Assembly: GCA_036172245.1 (NCBI GenBank)
Contig: JAYWIR010000018.1
Coordinates: 930,001 to 994,000, forward strand
Direction of reading: 5' to 3'
Source of the DNA: Raillietiella orientalis
Lineage: Eukaryota
DNA: 64,000 bases
The stretch's first letter is position 1. Every line of letters begins with the position of its first letter. Below the pieces are notes generated by a model. It was given only the letters and a program-made list of their open reading frames with translations. It ran no database searches and had not been told where the DNA came from. Positions 40,400 through 51,920 of this stretch are shown piece after piece. The translations under genes were made by a program, and so were the position numbers.

Positions 40400-41750
40400 A
40401 ATGCTTTCAGAAGGATATTCGCAACGCAGGTTTCTATGGAAATCGCGAACTTGGAAGTTGTTTTTGTTGTACTTTCAAGATATTTCCTGGATTCCAAGGA
40501 ATGCCAAGTTTTCGATTTGCTCGTCTTTTGTAATTCACTTGTTTGGAGTCTTCCCTTTGAACAAAGCAGGAACCTGCCTTTTTTGTGTTTGTGTGTGTAT
40601 GTGTGTGTATGTTTTTGAAGTTCTTGGAGCTTATGAAAATAGCTCGAAAAGTCTTTTCGTGGAAAAGATGGAACCTGTGGCAAGCGAAGCAGAAACGATC
40701 GAATCTTTGGCACACACAACGGATTCAATTTTCTCACACCGGCTGTGCAAATACGTGTTTTCCATTTGGGAGGCGCACGGAAAGAAGAAAGTCGACAGAA
40801 GGAAATGAAACCAGCCGAAGAAGAAGTGGGTCCCAGCGCGTGGCGGCCCTTAGTTGTCATCTCTCTTGCATGCTTTTTGTCTCCCTCCATAGAAATATCA
40901 TTGGAATGCTTCGCCTGCTTGTTTGCCAGGCATGCTGTGTGGCAAAGAGTTTTGATTTCAAGATGAAAGGGTAAATGTGTGCCAGGAAGAAGAGGCTTGC
41001 GAAAGAAGCTACGAGCAAGCATGCACAGCTGCTCGTGGAAATGAAGGACATTGGATTGAGCTGTTAAGACCCACCATCACCAAAAAAAAGGGAAAAAAAT
41101 GGACCACATATTAGGAAGGGAACGTAAAGACTCGGACAAATGCTCGCTAGCACTAAGAGCCAAGATGGTATTTCGGATCGGTTGCCGGTGGAGTGGGAAG
41201 TCGGCGGATGCAGCTCGAAGGAAGCTTGGCGCTGGTTTTGGATCTACATCTTTCCAGATGTACTCGGGATGACGTGGCAGAAGCAATCGCAGGCAAACTC
41301 CGTCTCGAAAAAGCTGCAACTGATTCCAACTGCTGAGGACGGCGGGCAGACTGCACATCCAGAAACACTCGCAGAGCCCTTCCAGGTGTTGCTGCCGTGT
41401 TGCCTTGCTTCCAAGGTGGACCGAAGTCTGAGCCTGCAGGAAGTGTACCTCGGGAATCATTGGCTCGAAGAAGGAGTGGCACAAGCCAAACTCGGACCTC
41501 TTCCTCCGAGACGGAGAGCTGAGGAAACACGGGAAAAGGCAAGAAGATTCAAGGGGTACCTAGGAGATGGGAGACTGAATGCATGCCGATGCTTTTAGTC
41601 TCGGGAGCGTCTGAACCCAGGAACCAACTTTTCACAAACTTGTAGATGAGAATTTCAGAGAGAAGAGTGCAGAGATGCTCGCACGCGCAGCAGCTCGGGG
41701 AAGAACGGATCGAAAAGGTGGATTCGCGATTTCGTCCGAGTGGTGACTGC
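40400..41750 (+). mobile_element. Decayed RLE-type (NeSL/Utopia-like) retrotransposon 3' region
   Basis: HPETLA (CCHC region), then GASEPRN near 41605 (cf. GSWDP.N) and RWIRDFV near 41717 (cf. RWSRDIY). Confidence 0.45.
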
Positions 41751-42949
41751 AAGCACTGCGGTCTTTCCGAGGATTCGCTTTCGAATCACGAGTCAACCTG
41801 AGATGACTAACAGCTTGAGATGCCGTCAGCAAAGATTCAAAGAGCTTTCGCGCTGACCGGCTTCCTGATAAAACATCATGGATTGCACCACTTCCTGGGG
41901 ATGACGAAGTTTCGGCGAAATCGGGAATCTCTCGTCGAAATCCGGACCTCTGGTACTTTCTCTAGTTGAGATTTTCCTCCAAAGGGAGCGCTCACTTCTC
42001 TTTTGGAGAGCCCTTCCTGCCCTGCATTCCTGAAGAGTTTCAGCGAAGAATCGTTTGAGCATGTCAGGCATGCGCGTTTCTTCTGTATTGCGAGCGTTCT
42101 GATGCACGCAGGAGAAACGATTGGGAAGCCAGCCTCAGTCTTCTTGAAGGATTCCGAAGGACCACGGATGGAAGGACAACGGGTCTTTCGGAAGCACGCG
42201 GAAAATGGCCACAAGACAGCGCTGCAGAGATTCGACAGCGCGCAGCATAGGGGGCGCGCATGGAAAAAAACTACACCGGTTCTCCATGCTCCAGACTCGG
42301 TCGGATCCCTGCTGGGGTGCACCGTCCGCCTTCGATGGCTCCGGGTTCCCCTGCGAGCTCCAGCCGGAGCTTTGCCCGCCAGTCCCTGGGCTCTTGGCCG
42401 GTCGGGGGCCCATCTCCGAGCCCCCGTTTTTTGCGCGCTTCGCCCCGGCCTATTCCTCGTTGGATTTATGTGGGGAAGAGTGGGCGGGAGAGCTTCTTCG
42501 AACCCCCTGCTGGTTCGAGTAGGAGGAAGCATACCGACACCTAGAATTTTTCCCAATCGTCCTGGATCCCTCCACTGGTAGTCTGGTGAGGGTGTGGAAT
42601 CAGAAGCTGAGCAAGCAAAAAGTTCCCAAAGGCAAAGGTCACCTGCAGCATCTCCCTTTAGCAATGATAATAGCGAAACGCTTCGCATCCTCACTTGAAC
42701 GTGGGGAACGGAAACCGCCCACACGTGCATCGGTGACAAGTTGGCGGGCTGTCGGAGGTATGTGGAAAAGTCACCCAACGCAAGAAGAAACCCATTCTGC
42801 TCTTGGACCGTTGCGTGAACTTTTTGATCCACCAGAAAAGGAAACAAAAAGCATGGACACACTGTATTCGTAAATACTCATTCTCTTGCGTGCTGCTAGG
42901 AAGTGCGCGGAAATGCACGAGCAAGAGACTCACCTCGCGCCTTCCCTTC

Positions 42950-45100
42950 CCTTGTGGAAGCGATATGGTTCATGTACATGCCTCTGGACCGTCGAATCAC
43001 CTCAGCTGCGATTGAATGTGCAAGTTCCTTAAGACTGGACATTGGGGGAGCCCGGCAAGCATTAGTACTTTATCATTTTCTGGGTCCCACGAGCCAAAGG
43101 ATCTAACGACAGTTGCACTACTGTGGGTCAACAGGTCCTTCCTGTCTGAAAGAGTCAGCAATTGGCTTGTATTTTTCTTCTCTGGCATCCCGGATGCGTT
43201 GTTTGAAAAATCCTTAATTGGTGAAGTAAACCCTCTGAACGTGAACCCACATCATGCGTGATGACCACGTGTAGATTGCTGAACAAGAAATTCTGGTTCT
43301 TCCACGCAAAACATTCCCTTGCTGTCCATTCTTCCCTCGAGGGTTTCCCACTCTATCCACTCTTAGACGCTTCGGTAAGGATGCCTCAGTGGGACAACGA
43401 GGAACCCAGGAATGAATAACCTGAAGAGAGCGGCGGCCAAAGTGGTGCTTCTCAAAGAAATACGCCGTGTGTAGATAAAAGGTTTCCCCCGCTTTTCCTA
43501 CAAGCCGTTCGGTTCCGCTGCTCCTGGGAATCAAGCAGACGAATGGGAGAGGGAAGGAAGTTCCTCGGACTTCATTTCTTCAGGAGTGCCAAAGAATTTG
43601 CAAAAAGAGGAAGCGCGTTGGGAGCTTCTTTGAATTTCTGCCGGGACACTGACGGCGTGTTGCGTGACTGCGAGTGGAGTCCGGAGATCCTGGAGAACTC
43701 CTTGAAGCCCCAAGCAGCAAAGAGTTTGCGTTATTTCAAGTAGTCTGCGTGAAGCTGACGAACCCGGAGGGCACAGCGTGTGCCACCAAGCGGAAGAGGC
43801 GGAAAATCTGCGATGGCGCGCTGCACTGCGGCGAGTAAGGGAAAGAGGGTGCTGCGTGCAACGAGCGGCAGCAAAGCGGCTAAACGAGAGTATCCACAGG
43901 TCGGAGAGGAAACAAGACAAAGGATTCACTGGGGGATATGGCGGGAGGAAGGAGTACCTTGCGCGTGCCCATCAGGAAAGAACGGCCGCCTAGCCGGAGG
44001 AGGGGAACCGTCACTTGAGAGACACGAGTTCGCAACTGGCTGGAGCCGACCATCTCTGGCGCTGCCGTCGATATCCTGCTCAGCTGCTCGCGAGCGGCTG
44101 AAGAATGGAAGCGGAAGACAGGTCGGGAGAGCATCGGAAAGCTGCGTTGCCCACCAGCCGAGCCGTGGTGCCACGGACGATGTGGAGTTTAGACTTCAAC
44201 GAATAGGTGAGATCCGAATGGAGCGAGGTCGGGTCCGAAAATCCCAGGCGGCCAGGCTCCGACAAGCAGAACGAATGAGATGCTGAGAGGGCAAGCAGAA
44301 TGGAGGATGCTCTCTTGCGCATCCTGCTGCGGTGACGAAACAAGGATGATCACTGGAAGAAGAAATTGGTCCTGCCTCGTCCTGCTTACTCGGAACTGGC
44401 GAACAATCCCTCTGCGAAGAACCCAAGAAGATTTATTCTCTCTGAAAACTTTGCTTCCCGTTTGCGTCGGGGTGTCCTCAAGGAGGAAAGGTCACTTGGG
44501 AAGTCGCGAACAGAAAGCATCAGCGTGTCTCCTCCCAGGAAGAATAACGAAGAAGGGACTCTATCCAATCCGAGGGAAGCTTTCCTCAAGTGACAAGGAC
44601 TTTCCCTCTCTTTTCTCCATCTCACTTACCTGGAAGGGAACCCGACCTTCCGAGTGGTCTTGAACAGCAGCTGAAATCAAGCAGCACGCCAAAGGTGCCG
44701 GCGGTGGGAGGAAATTCGATTCTCCCCCCCGTGATCTCGATTCGCCTCCGATCTGGCGGCCCCCTTGGTAATTGGAATCGCGAGTCGTTTCCTCCGTGGG
44801 AGCAGCCACCGATCTTCGATACCGGGCTGCACTTGCTCCTTCCATCCCTTTCCCGATTTCCCCGGGACTCGGCGTTCCCATTCATTTCGGACTTCGTAGC
44901 CGAGCTCGTCGTCACATAGGAAAGCTCAAAACGAACCTATCTGTTACTCGAGCAGGTCCTCCGGATATCAAGACGGAGGAGCTTGTGACCGTAGGGCGTG
45001 CAACGTGCGCCACACTGCTCTCCGGAGCGCATCAGATCTTCATCTCAGTGACCCATCTGAAAACAGACGCTCCGGGAAGTTAGTTTTTCCTGCAGCACAA
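42950..45100 (-). mobile_element. Decayed RLE-type (NeSL/Utopia-like) retrotransposon
   Basis: ACPLS RT motif near 44290; EEKYKPIADSF; GSWDPENDKVL near 43085; AAEVIRRSRGMYMNHI near 42965-43010. Confidence 0.7.
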
Positions 45101-46574
45101 GGCTGAGAGAACCTTCCTGACATTTGAATGGTCTTCAGCTGCTGGAAACAATCCTTTTTGATGCTTCGAAAAAATCGGGAAAGCATGCCAAGTGCACTCC
45201 CATTCAACCCGAGCTTTCCTTCTCTCCTTCCTTCTTTCCCCCCCTTCCTTCCACAGTGCTCCTCGGTTCTGTTCCGTTTTTTCTTTTTTTTCTTTTCTTT
45301 AATCCTCTTGCCTTTCTCCGAGTCTGCCGCTTGAGATGCGTCTAAAAGCATTCCAAGGCTCGAAGTGAGAGGGGCTCCCTCATACCGTCAATCTTTCTCC
45401 CCTGACAACCATCTCTTCCTTCCCATTTTTGCGCGAGCGTGGTGGTTTCCTGCTTGGGAACCGCGCGTGCTCCCGACCACCGCAGCGCAACCCGTGGGAA
45501 GCTCGAATTCCTCTTATCCTTTCATTCAAGTGAGAGCTCCAGCCAAAAGCTGTGGGGTAAATGACTCACCCCCGGGACATTAACGTGCCATGGTTGCTGA
45601 AACATTCCCCCTTTTCCCAGAAAATGCATTTCCATTGCGGTAAGCAAGCAGCATAGGCCAAAAGTTGTCCAGACGAAACGCTGCAAAGCTCTTCTCAGCC
45701 GTATAGGGTCTTAACTTGTGTTACAGTGACAGTGCTACAGCCGTATCGAAGTCAGGGATTGAATAAGGCTTTCCCGTTTGAGCCCTGTGCATGCGATGAG
45801 CAAATGAAATGAGCAAATGCACGCACACAAAGATTGCTACACTGTGATAATTAACTGGCGATTAGCGTTAATTAGCGACTGATCTTTTCATCCATGTACT
45901 CCGTTGCTGGTTCAGTTTCAGCTAATGTTCAATCAACATTGCTCAAATTTAATGATCTATAGTAAGGATACTATTATCATCGTTGACGACGGAGCGGCGC
46001 CCCGAACAGAGCTTGAAAACGAGCGCTAAAGGTCATCTTTCAGTTTGCAAGTTCACAAGCTCAGTTGTCCTGAACTCCTTCCACAGACAACCTCTTGGGG
46101 TTGCCTTTGGGTATGGTCACTTTCACGATGATTCAGTTCTCCCGCAGTTTCACTCGTCCCATAAATTTCATCCAAGTAAACACTCCTGAGGCATTCCTAT
46201 CGTTGCAATCTTCATTTCGATCGATTCTTTCAACCCAAGGATATTTCAGGTATGCAGCGTTTTACTTTTCACTTCCGCTTTGAAGCTACTAATGTGGATA
46301 TTTCCAGCAATTGCCAGTTTACTGAGGGAAAGATCAAAATACAAATGAAAGTTTGAATGAGAAGTCCACATCAAAGATTCGTTTGTAAAACCTATACTGT
46401 ACATTACTTTTAAATCGGTGGCATGTTTGATCATTCCTTTCACGACTGCAACCATATTTTCAAGTTCTTTCTAACTAACTTCGAGTAGGCTAGGCAACTT
46501 TCTGTTATCAGACCTCAATATCTTCCTGGATGAGTTCATCATCTCATCGTCACATGGACTACAGTCTTCAATGT

Positions 46575-46980
46575 CTTCCCAGCTGAGTATAAGGAAAGCA
46601 GCTCTCCAGCTAGGTGGAGGGGGGAGGCAATGCAGGGGTGAGTGCTCTCATCGTTGGCTCACTGGGAGCCTGGGATCCAGGTAACGAGGGAGTGCTGCAG
46701 ATTTTGGAATTCCTACGAAGCACTTGGAGAAGATAAGACACTGGATGGTGGCTTCGTGCATCCAGTACTCCAGGGACATCTGTGCAGCCCACGTCATACG
46801 AGGAACCGACAGTCAGATACGGCCGGAGAACCCCGGCGGTCAGCCCTCGCGAGGCGCAAGACAAGAAGCTGAGGAAGCAACAGGCTAAGGGGCGACGAGT
46901 AGATGAGGAATCCCGTACGAATGTCAAAAGGCCTCTTCTGTAAGGCGATGTAAAATTGTAAACTTAAGCAATAAAACTTT
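46575..46980 (+). mobile_element. 5'-truncated RLE-type (NeSL/Utopia-like) retrotransposon 3' end
   Basis: GC-rich insert in AT-rich DNA. Reads VSALIVGSLGAWDPGNEGVLQIL, then after one frameshift IPTKHLEKIRHWMVASCIQYSRDICAAHVI. AATAAA at 46970-46975. Confidence 0.78.
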
Positions 46981-48899
46981 CCTCATCTTTCGACTCTTCT
47001 CCCTCTGTAGCAATTTGTAAATATGCACGCTGCCAAGATGGGATTCTTTGTCTCGAAATTTGGTTGCAAACTTTCAACTTCACCCGTCACATCTTCATAT
47101 GTAAATCTTGAAGTTATTCTTTACAAAGCACACTTTTCCGAAGGGAAGCAAATCTGATGACTCCTCTGAAACAAATGAAGAAGCAACGTGGGAATTCATT
47201 TCGTTTTCACCAGCAGCCGTCGTTTAAGAGTGCAAAAGCTCCAACAAAATACATTACGAGAAATAAACACAACATACTGCTTCAAATCTATCCTTGTTCT
47301 TGTAAACCTGAGTCATGTCAATATCCGAAATACCGAATTAAAAATGATGAAATTTTTATTTCTACTCATACTGTTGTTTAAAAATATTTTATGCAATTTA
47401 TATAATACATATATCTTGTAAATGAAGTTTATGCATGTCATCAGCTTGCGAATGAGTCTTGCTTCATTAATATCCGTAAAGAAATCACTATGTTTAGAAA
47501 TATCCCATAAAAACTAGTGGTTTGTCCATGACTTTTCAAAAATGGTAATCCGAAATGCGGCAAAGGATTCACGCGCAATTTAAACATCGTTACAAGAAAG
47601 CTCTATGAACAGAAGTGTGTTACTTGTAACTGCTTGCTAAAATAATAATAACCAACCATATTGATTTCTCTTGAACATTACTTGATGGGTTGTTATGCCA
47701 ATGAAAATCCCCAAAATTTCACATTGGAACATTGTAAGTGGATTTGGTCATGTGGATGGAAAATTAACAGAAACTGCGAAGAAAATGGTGAAGCAATTAA
47801 GAAGAAAGTTCAGAGATTGCTGAAGCCAAAGGAATTGCCAACATGTTGGCAAAGAGAAAATTTAGGACAGAACCATTGGCATCACTAACCATTCGAAGAA
47901 TGCGCTACGAGCAAAATAGCACAGTGTGTACCAGAGATCTTTTATAAGATTTTTCATATTGGGAGATGGAAAGAAATTGCTATCAATTGTTCTCAACAAT
48001 ATAATCATCGCAATATAACTCCACAGATGTTGAAAACCGCCAAATGGAAAGCGCACCTACCTAGGTTAGTATATATCACGAAGCAAGATGACATCGACAT
48101 CATCGAATTGAATATCCTCATCATTTGTCCCGTGTATTCCCAAAGGTGTCCTGTATAATCAGCAACTCTTTGATGGTTAATTATGGATTATGATAAAGAG
48201 CTTAACTAAAATGGTGGAGCATGATTTTGTACATAGGATTTCGCCAGTTTTAGCTACCTTCGGAATCTGTATTTGGATAAAACTCACAATTTTAATGGAA
48301 TGAAATGTGAGAAAAACAAATAAATCTGAAAGAATACAAGGAGCTCTTATTTTTTTGACAAAAGCAATGAAAAAGAAAGATGCAACTTGGCTCTGCAACT
48401 TGTATTTTTTGGAAATTCAGGAAAGGGCATCACGAATACGCATTAACTTCATCGGCTTGCATTTAATGCCGATGCATGTATTCAAGTAATATAAGCAACC
48501 CTGTAAACATCAATATAAACACAATTTGGGATATATTGTAATTCTGTCCGAAGCTAAGCTGCAACATTTAACCAGAGGAGACATCAAGTTTCTGACATGA
48601 ACAATCATGCAGCTGAATTATAGACTATATCTTGCAAAAATTTGGAGCTTTTTATTAATTTTTGTTGTTTCTTAAGGTTAATTTTTTCATTTCTCCTCTA
48701 TATGATTCAGATTTTCTCATATTTAGCTTAAAGAGTTATTTTAGTCAAGAGAGCTTCTGGCAATCGGTATTTTCCTTTTATTAGTGCCGGAATTATGAAA
48801 GAGTAATTTTTATGAGTACAAAAACTAGAAATACAATAATTTTTTGTTTTTCCTGGTATAGAAACTATAAGACATGAAGTGATTTCCATTTTACCTAAT

Positions 48900-49258
48900 G
48901 GAAGAGGACTGGGAAATCGTCTCTGCATACGTTTTTTCGTATGATGTTGCATTGGATCGACTGTTTTACAAACACTAGCACCGAAAATTGTAGTTTATGA
49001 AGTGTGGGATTGTGCTTATTAAGAACTCAAGTAATACTAGAAACTCCTCCTAATTGTACGCAATTGTCGATCTCAGTCACAAATTTTCTCATTAAAATAT
49101 TATGGAATTTAGCGTATAATTAACACAACTTATGTATACGATGGTTAATTTATTAAGTATTTATAGTCCATATGCCAGTGGATTTTTCTGTATACATTTT
49201 CAAACAGTTTAAAGTATTTTTGTTTGGATTTTGAGGCCAGGATCAAGTAAAGGTAAGA
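48900..49258 (+). promoter_or_regulatory. Candidate liprin-alpha first non-coding exon / promoter-proximal region (5' end not defined)
   Basis: Consensus donor AAG|GTAAGA at 49253. CpGs are still present at 48900-49150 and become scarce downstream. Confidence 0.4.
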
Positions 49259-51519
49259 GTACCTTGTAAATCTTATAAAGATATTTGTGTGCTCTTAATT
49301 GAATTTTTCGTCTGCTTGCATCATTCATTGAGTTTACTGAAGAATGTTATCAGTTTGATACATAAAAACTCTATACATGACTTGAAGTTTTCTGCGTTGT
49401 TGAACCTTTTATGCAATGTAGCTTCAGTGAATAAAAGAATTATTTCAGTTTCATAGTTTTTCTGAATCATTTACTTGAAATGCAAAAATCAAGTTCACTT
49501 ATACGAGAATATGAAAAACAGTTTCAACAAACTATTGTGGGTTCAAAAAAACGCTTGTTTATATTTAAATTATGTGTTTCTTAATTACATTCAGAAGTTT
49601 TAGTTCCTGATATTTCTGTTTGCTCCTATTGGTGCATTTGTTGATATATTTTAGTAATCCTATAAAGTGAAAAGGGATTTAATTGAGACGGAATAAAATA
49701 GAAATGCCAAGTTAGATAGGAAGTTGAGAAGTAATATCTTATGTTTCCATACCATTTTGATAGCATGACAGAGTAATTCTTCTAGGTCAGATTCTTGTTT
49801 CTTCATTGTTTTCCATTGGGTTCATTATGTTCTAAGTTTTTAATGCTATCAGTTTATCATAACTGTCAATTATATTCTGATTGGATTTCAGGAACATAAT
49901 TATGATATCCTATGTTTGCTTGTTTTGCACTAAATGACCTCCCCAAAGTTATTTACAGTAAAGATGAATGCTTCAGTTCAATGTAGTGCTGTCAGTTTGC
50001 TCTCAGTCTGCTAAAGTCCTTCAAGATTTTTTCATATGGAAATGGTTGTCTATGGGATCTTTTGTTATTTGGTTTATTTATGAAGTAAAAATTCTTGCTC
50101 AGATTAATTTATTTTCGTTTTTCTTTGAAATTTTGATTTTCTGCAAAATTTAAAGTTTTATTTTAGGAAAACAGTATGCCTAACTTGTAAAAACATTCTG
50201 AACATTAATTTTTCCTAAAAATACTCAAAATAGGCATCTAAGGTTGGTGCAGAATTGAATAAGTGACAGATGAATGATTCACAGCTGAAATTAAACATGA
50301 GGGATCAGCAAAAGCATTATAATAAAGGATTCAAATAATTTTAATACATCTTACTAATGTGACAGATACAGTGGTATCTTTAACAAAACTATATTGATAA
50401 TTAAGGAAAACTCTGTCAGAAGTATCAGCATAATGGATGGATAGAATGATAATAATCTGCCATTTTTGCATGCATTTCTTAAAATTCATGTTTTCAGTAA
50501 GATGGTATTATATTTCAGTAATTTGAGTGTAAAAATATTCTTGATTAAAAGGTTTCAATGCCTTAATCATGTTCCTTGTATTTCTGTTTTTTCTAAGTGC
50601 AATACATTGTTGAACTATGACCCTTAAACATCCTTGCATGTTCCAACTAAACTCCATGTAAAATTCTTTTAAGGTAATCAGGCATTTTATCATATTCTTC
50701 CATCTGTTCATCATGTTTTTAAAGATCTGTTTACTTCATGTCATTCAAATTTTCGTTGCAAATTAGTTATTTGGATTGGGACATCTGTGCTTTGTGTTCC
50801 TCATTAAAGTACTCATGGCAGTCTACATTTCTGTTATGACCACGTGTGGTTTCCATTGATCTAATGTGCTTTACATCACTGCCAGTAGAAAACATCCATG
50901 TAGGTTATTGCTCACTGTTTAATGTACTTACATACAATGGTCTTTGTGATTTTTTTCATATTGACAAATGGTTCATTAATTTAAGAAGTATTAATAGGAT
51001 AGTTTTATACAAATTTCGAAACCATGTGATCAGATTAGTCTGGAAAAATGAAATATCATGAATGCATGTGATTTTGAATGCCTAACCATATGCTTTAATA
51101 ATACCTTAAAAATAACCAAAATGTTTAGCAATAAAAGTGTAGTTCTTTATAATTGTTAGCGTCAATTATTCTAATAAATAATAATTACACTGTAAAAGTA
51201 AACTTAGAACATGAATATCATGACATGGTGCAACTGAATTATAGTTTGTTCACCCTGGTGCACGTGGATGACAAGCTGAATTGTTCATCAGACATTGTTA
51301 GAGCAATTTAACATTTCTGTGATGGTTCTTGTTATTTTTAACAGTAAAGTTTGTTCCCATGTCTTTAAAAGTCAGAATAACATTGGAATCTCATTACATT
51401 AAATAAGTCTGACATTTGTATACACTTGCCTTTTAAAGAAGTTTGACCTTTTTTTTTTCATTGTAGTATCTGTTAAAGTTTCTTAATTGTGAACACTAAT
51501 GTTTCAAATTTGGTTTTAG

Positions 51520-51674
51520 GCTTCACGATGTTTAAAGTGCTTTTCAATTATTTATGGAGAAAGTCTTTTTGTAATGAAGCAGAAAGTAAAATTGAAAATT
51601 TGCTCCTGCTTCCATAATCTCAAGCTCAAGTTTTAATCAGCTGATCATGTTTGTGGTTTAAAACTTAAGTCACC
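51520..51674 (+). other. Liprin-alpha: 5' UTR portion of the first liprin-alpha coding exon
   Basis: tttggttttag|G acceptor at 51519/51520, upstream of the ATG. Confidence 0.6.
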
Positions 51675-51920
51675 ATGTGGAACATGATGTGTGATGTAAT
51701 GCCTACTATATCAGAAGACAGTTTATCACAGCGTAGTTCTCAATATGGAGGAAATGGAGATGTGGAGCAACTCATGGTTACTATGCTTGATGAAAGGGAT
51801 AAACTGGTGGAAAGCTTGAAAGTAATGCAGGATAAGCTTCATGAGTCTGGAATCAAGTTGGCAGAAGTAACCAAAGAACGAGATGCTTTACAGAGGCAGA
51901 TCAATGCAAATCTTCCACAG
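51675..51920 (+). CDS. Liprin-alpha: Liprin-alpha coding exon 1 (MWNMMCDVMPTISED...QINANLPQ)
   Basis: Diagnostic liprin-alpha N-terminus MMCDVMPTISED and EQLMVTMLDERDKL. ATG context CACCATG. Phase-0 GT donor at 51921. Confidence 0.95.

Noticed and set aside
41876..42862. 328-aa minus-strand ORF
   Set aside because: No host domain. KILGV hints at another L1/Tx1 fragment, but the evidence is too thin to call.
46501..46522. tctgttatcag...aatatct resembling the U2 (Utopia target) sequence
   Set aside because: Gapped weak match on the 5' side of the insert, whereas this part of the target should lie 3'.
47500..48700. Possible BED-finger/hAT remnant (a similar hint at 53250-53960)
   Set aside because: Only faint motif resemblance across several frames; needs an HMM search.
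51462..51474. TGTAGTATCTGTT match to the U2 snRNA branch-pairing region (similar 12-mer near 61992)
   Set aside because: Only 12-13 nt with no flanking U2 similarity; expected by chance and not adjacent to the RLE elements.
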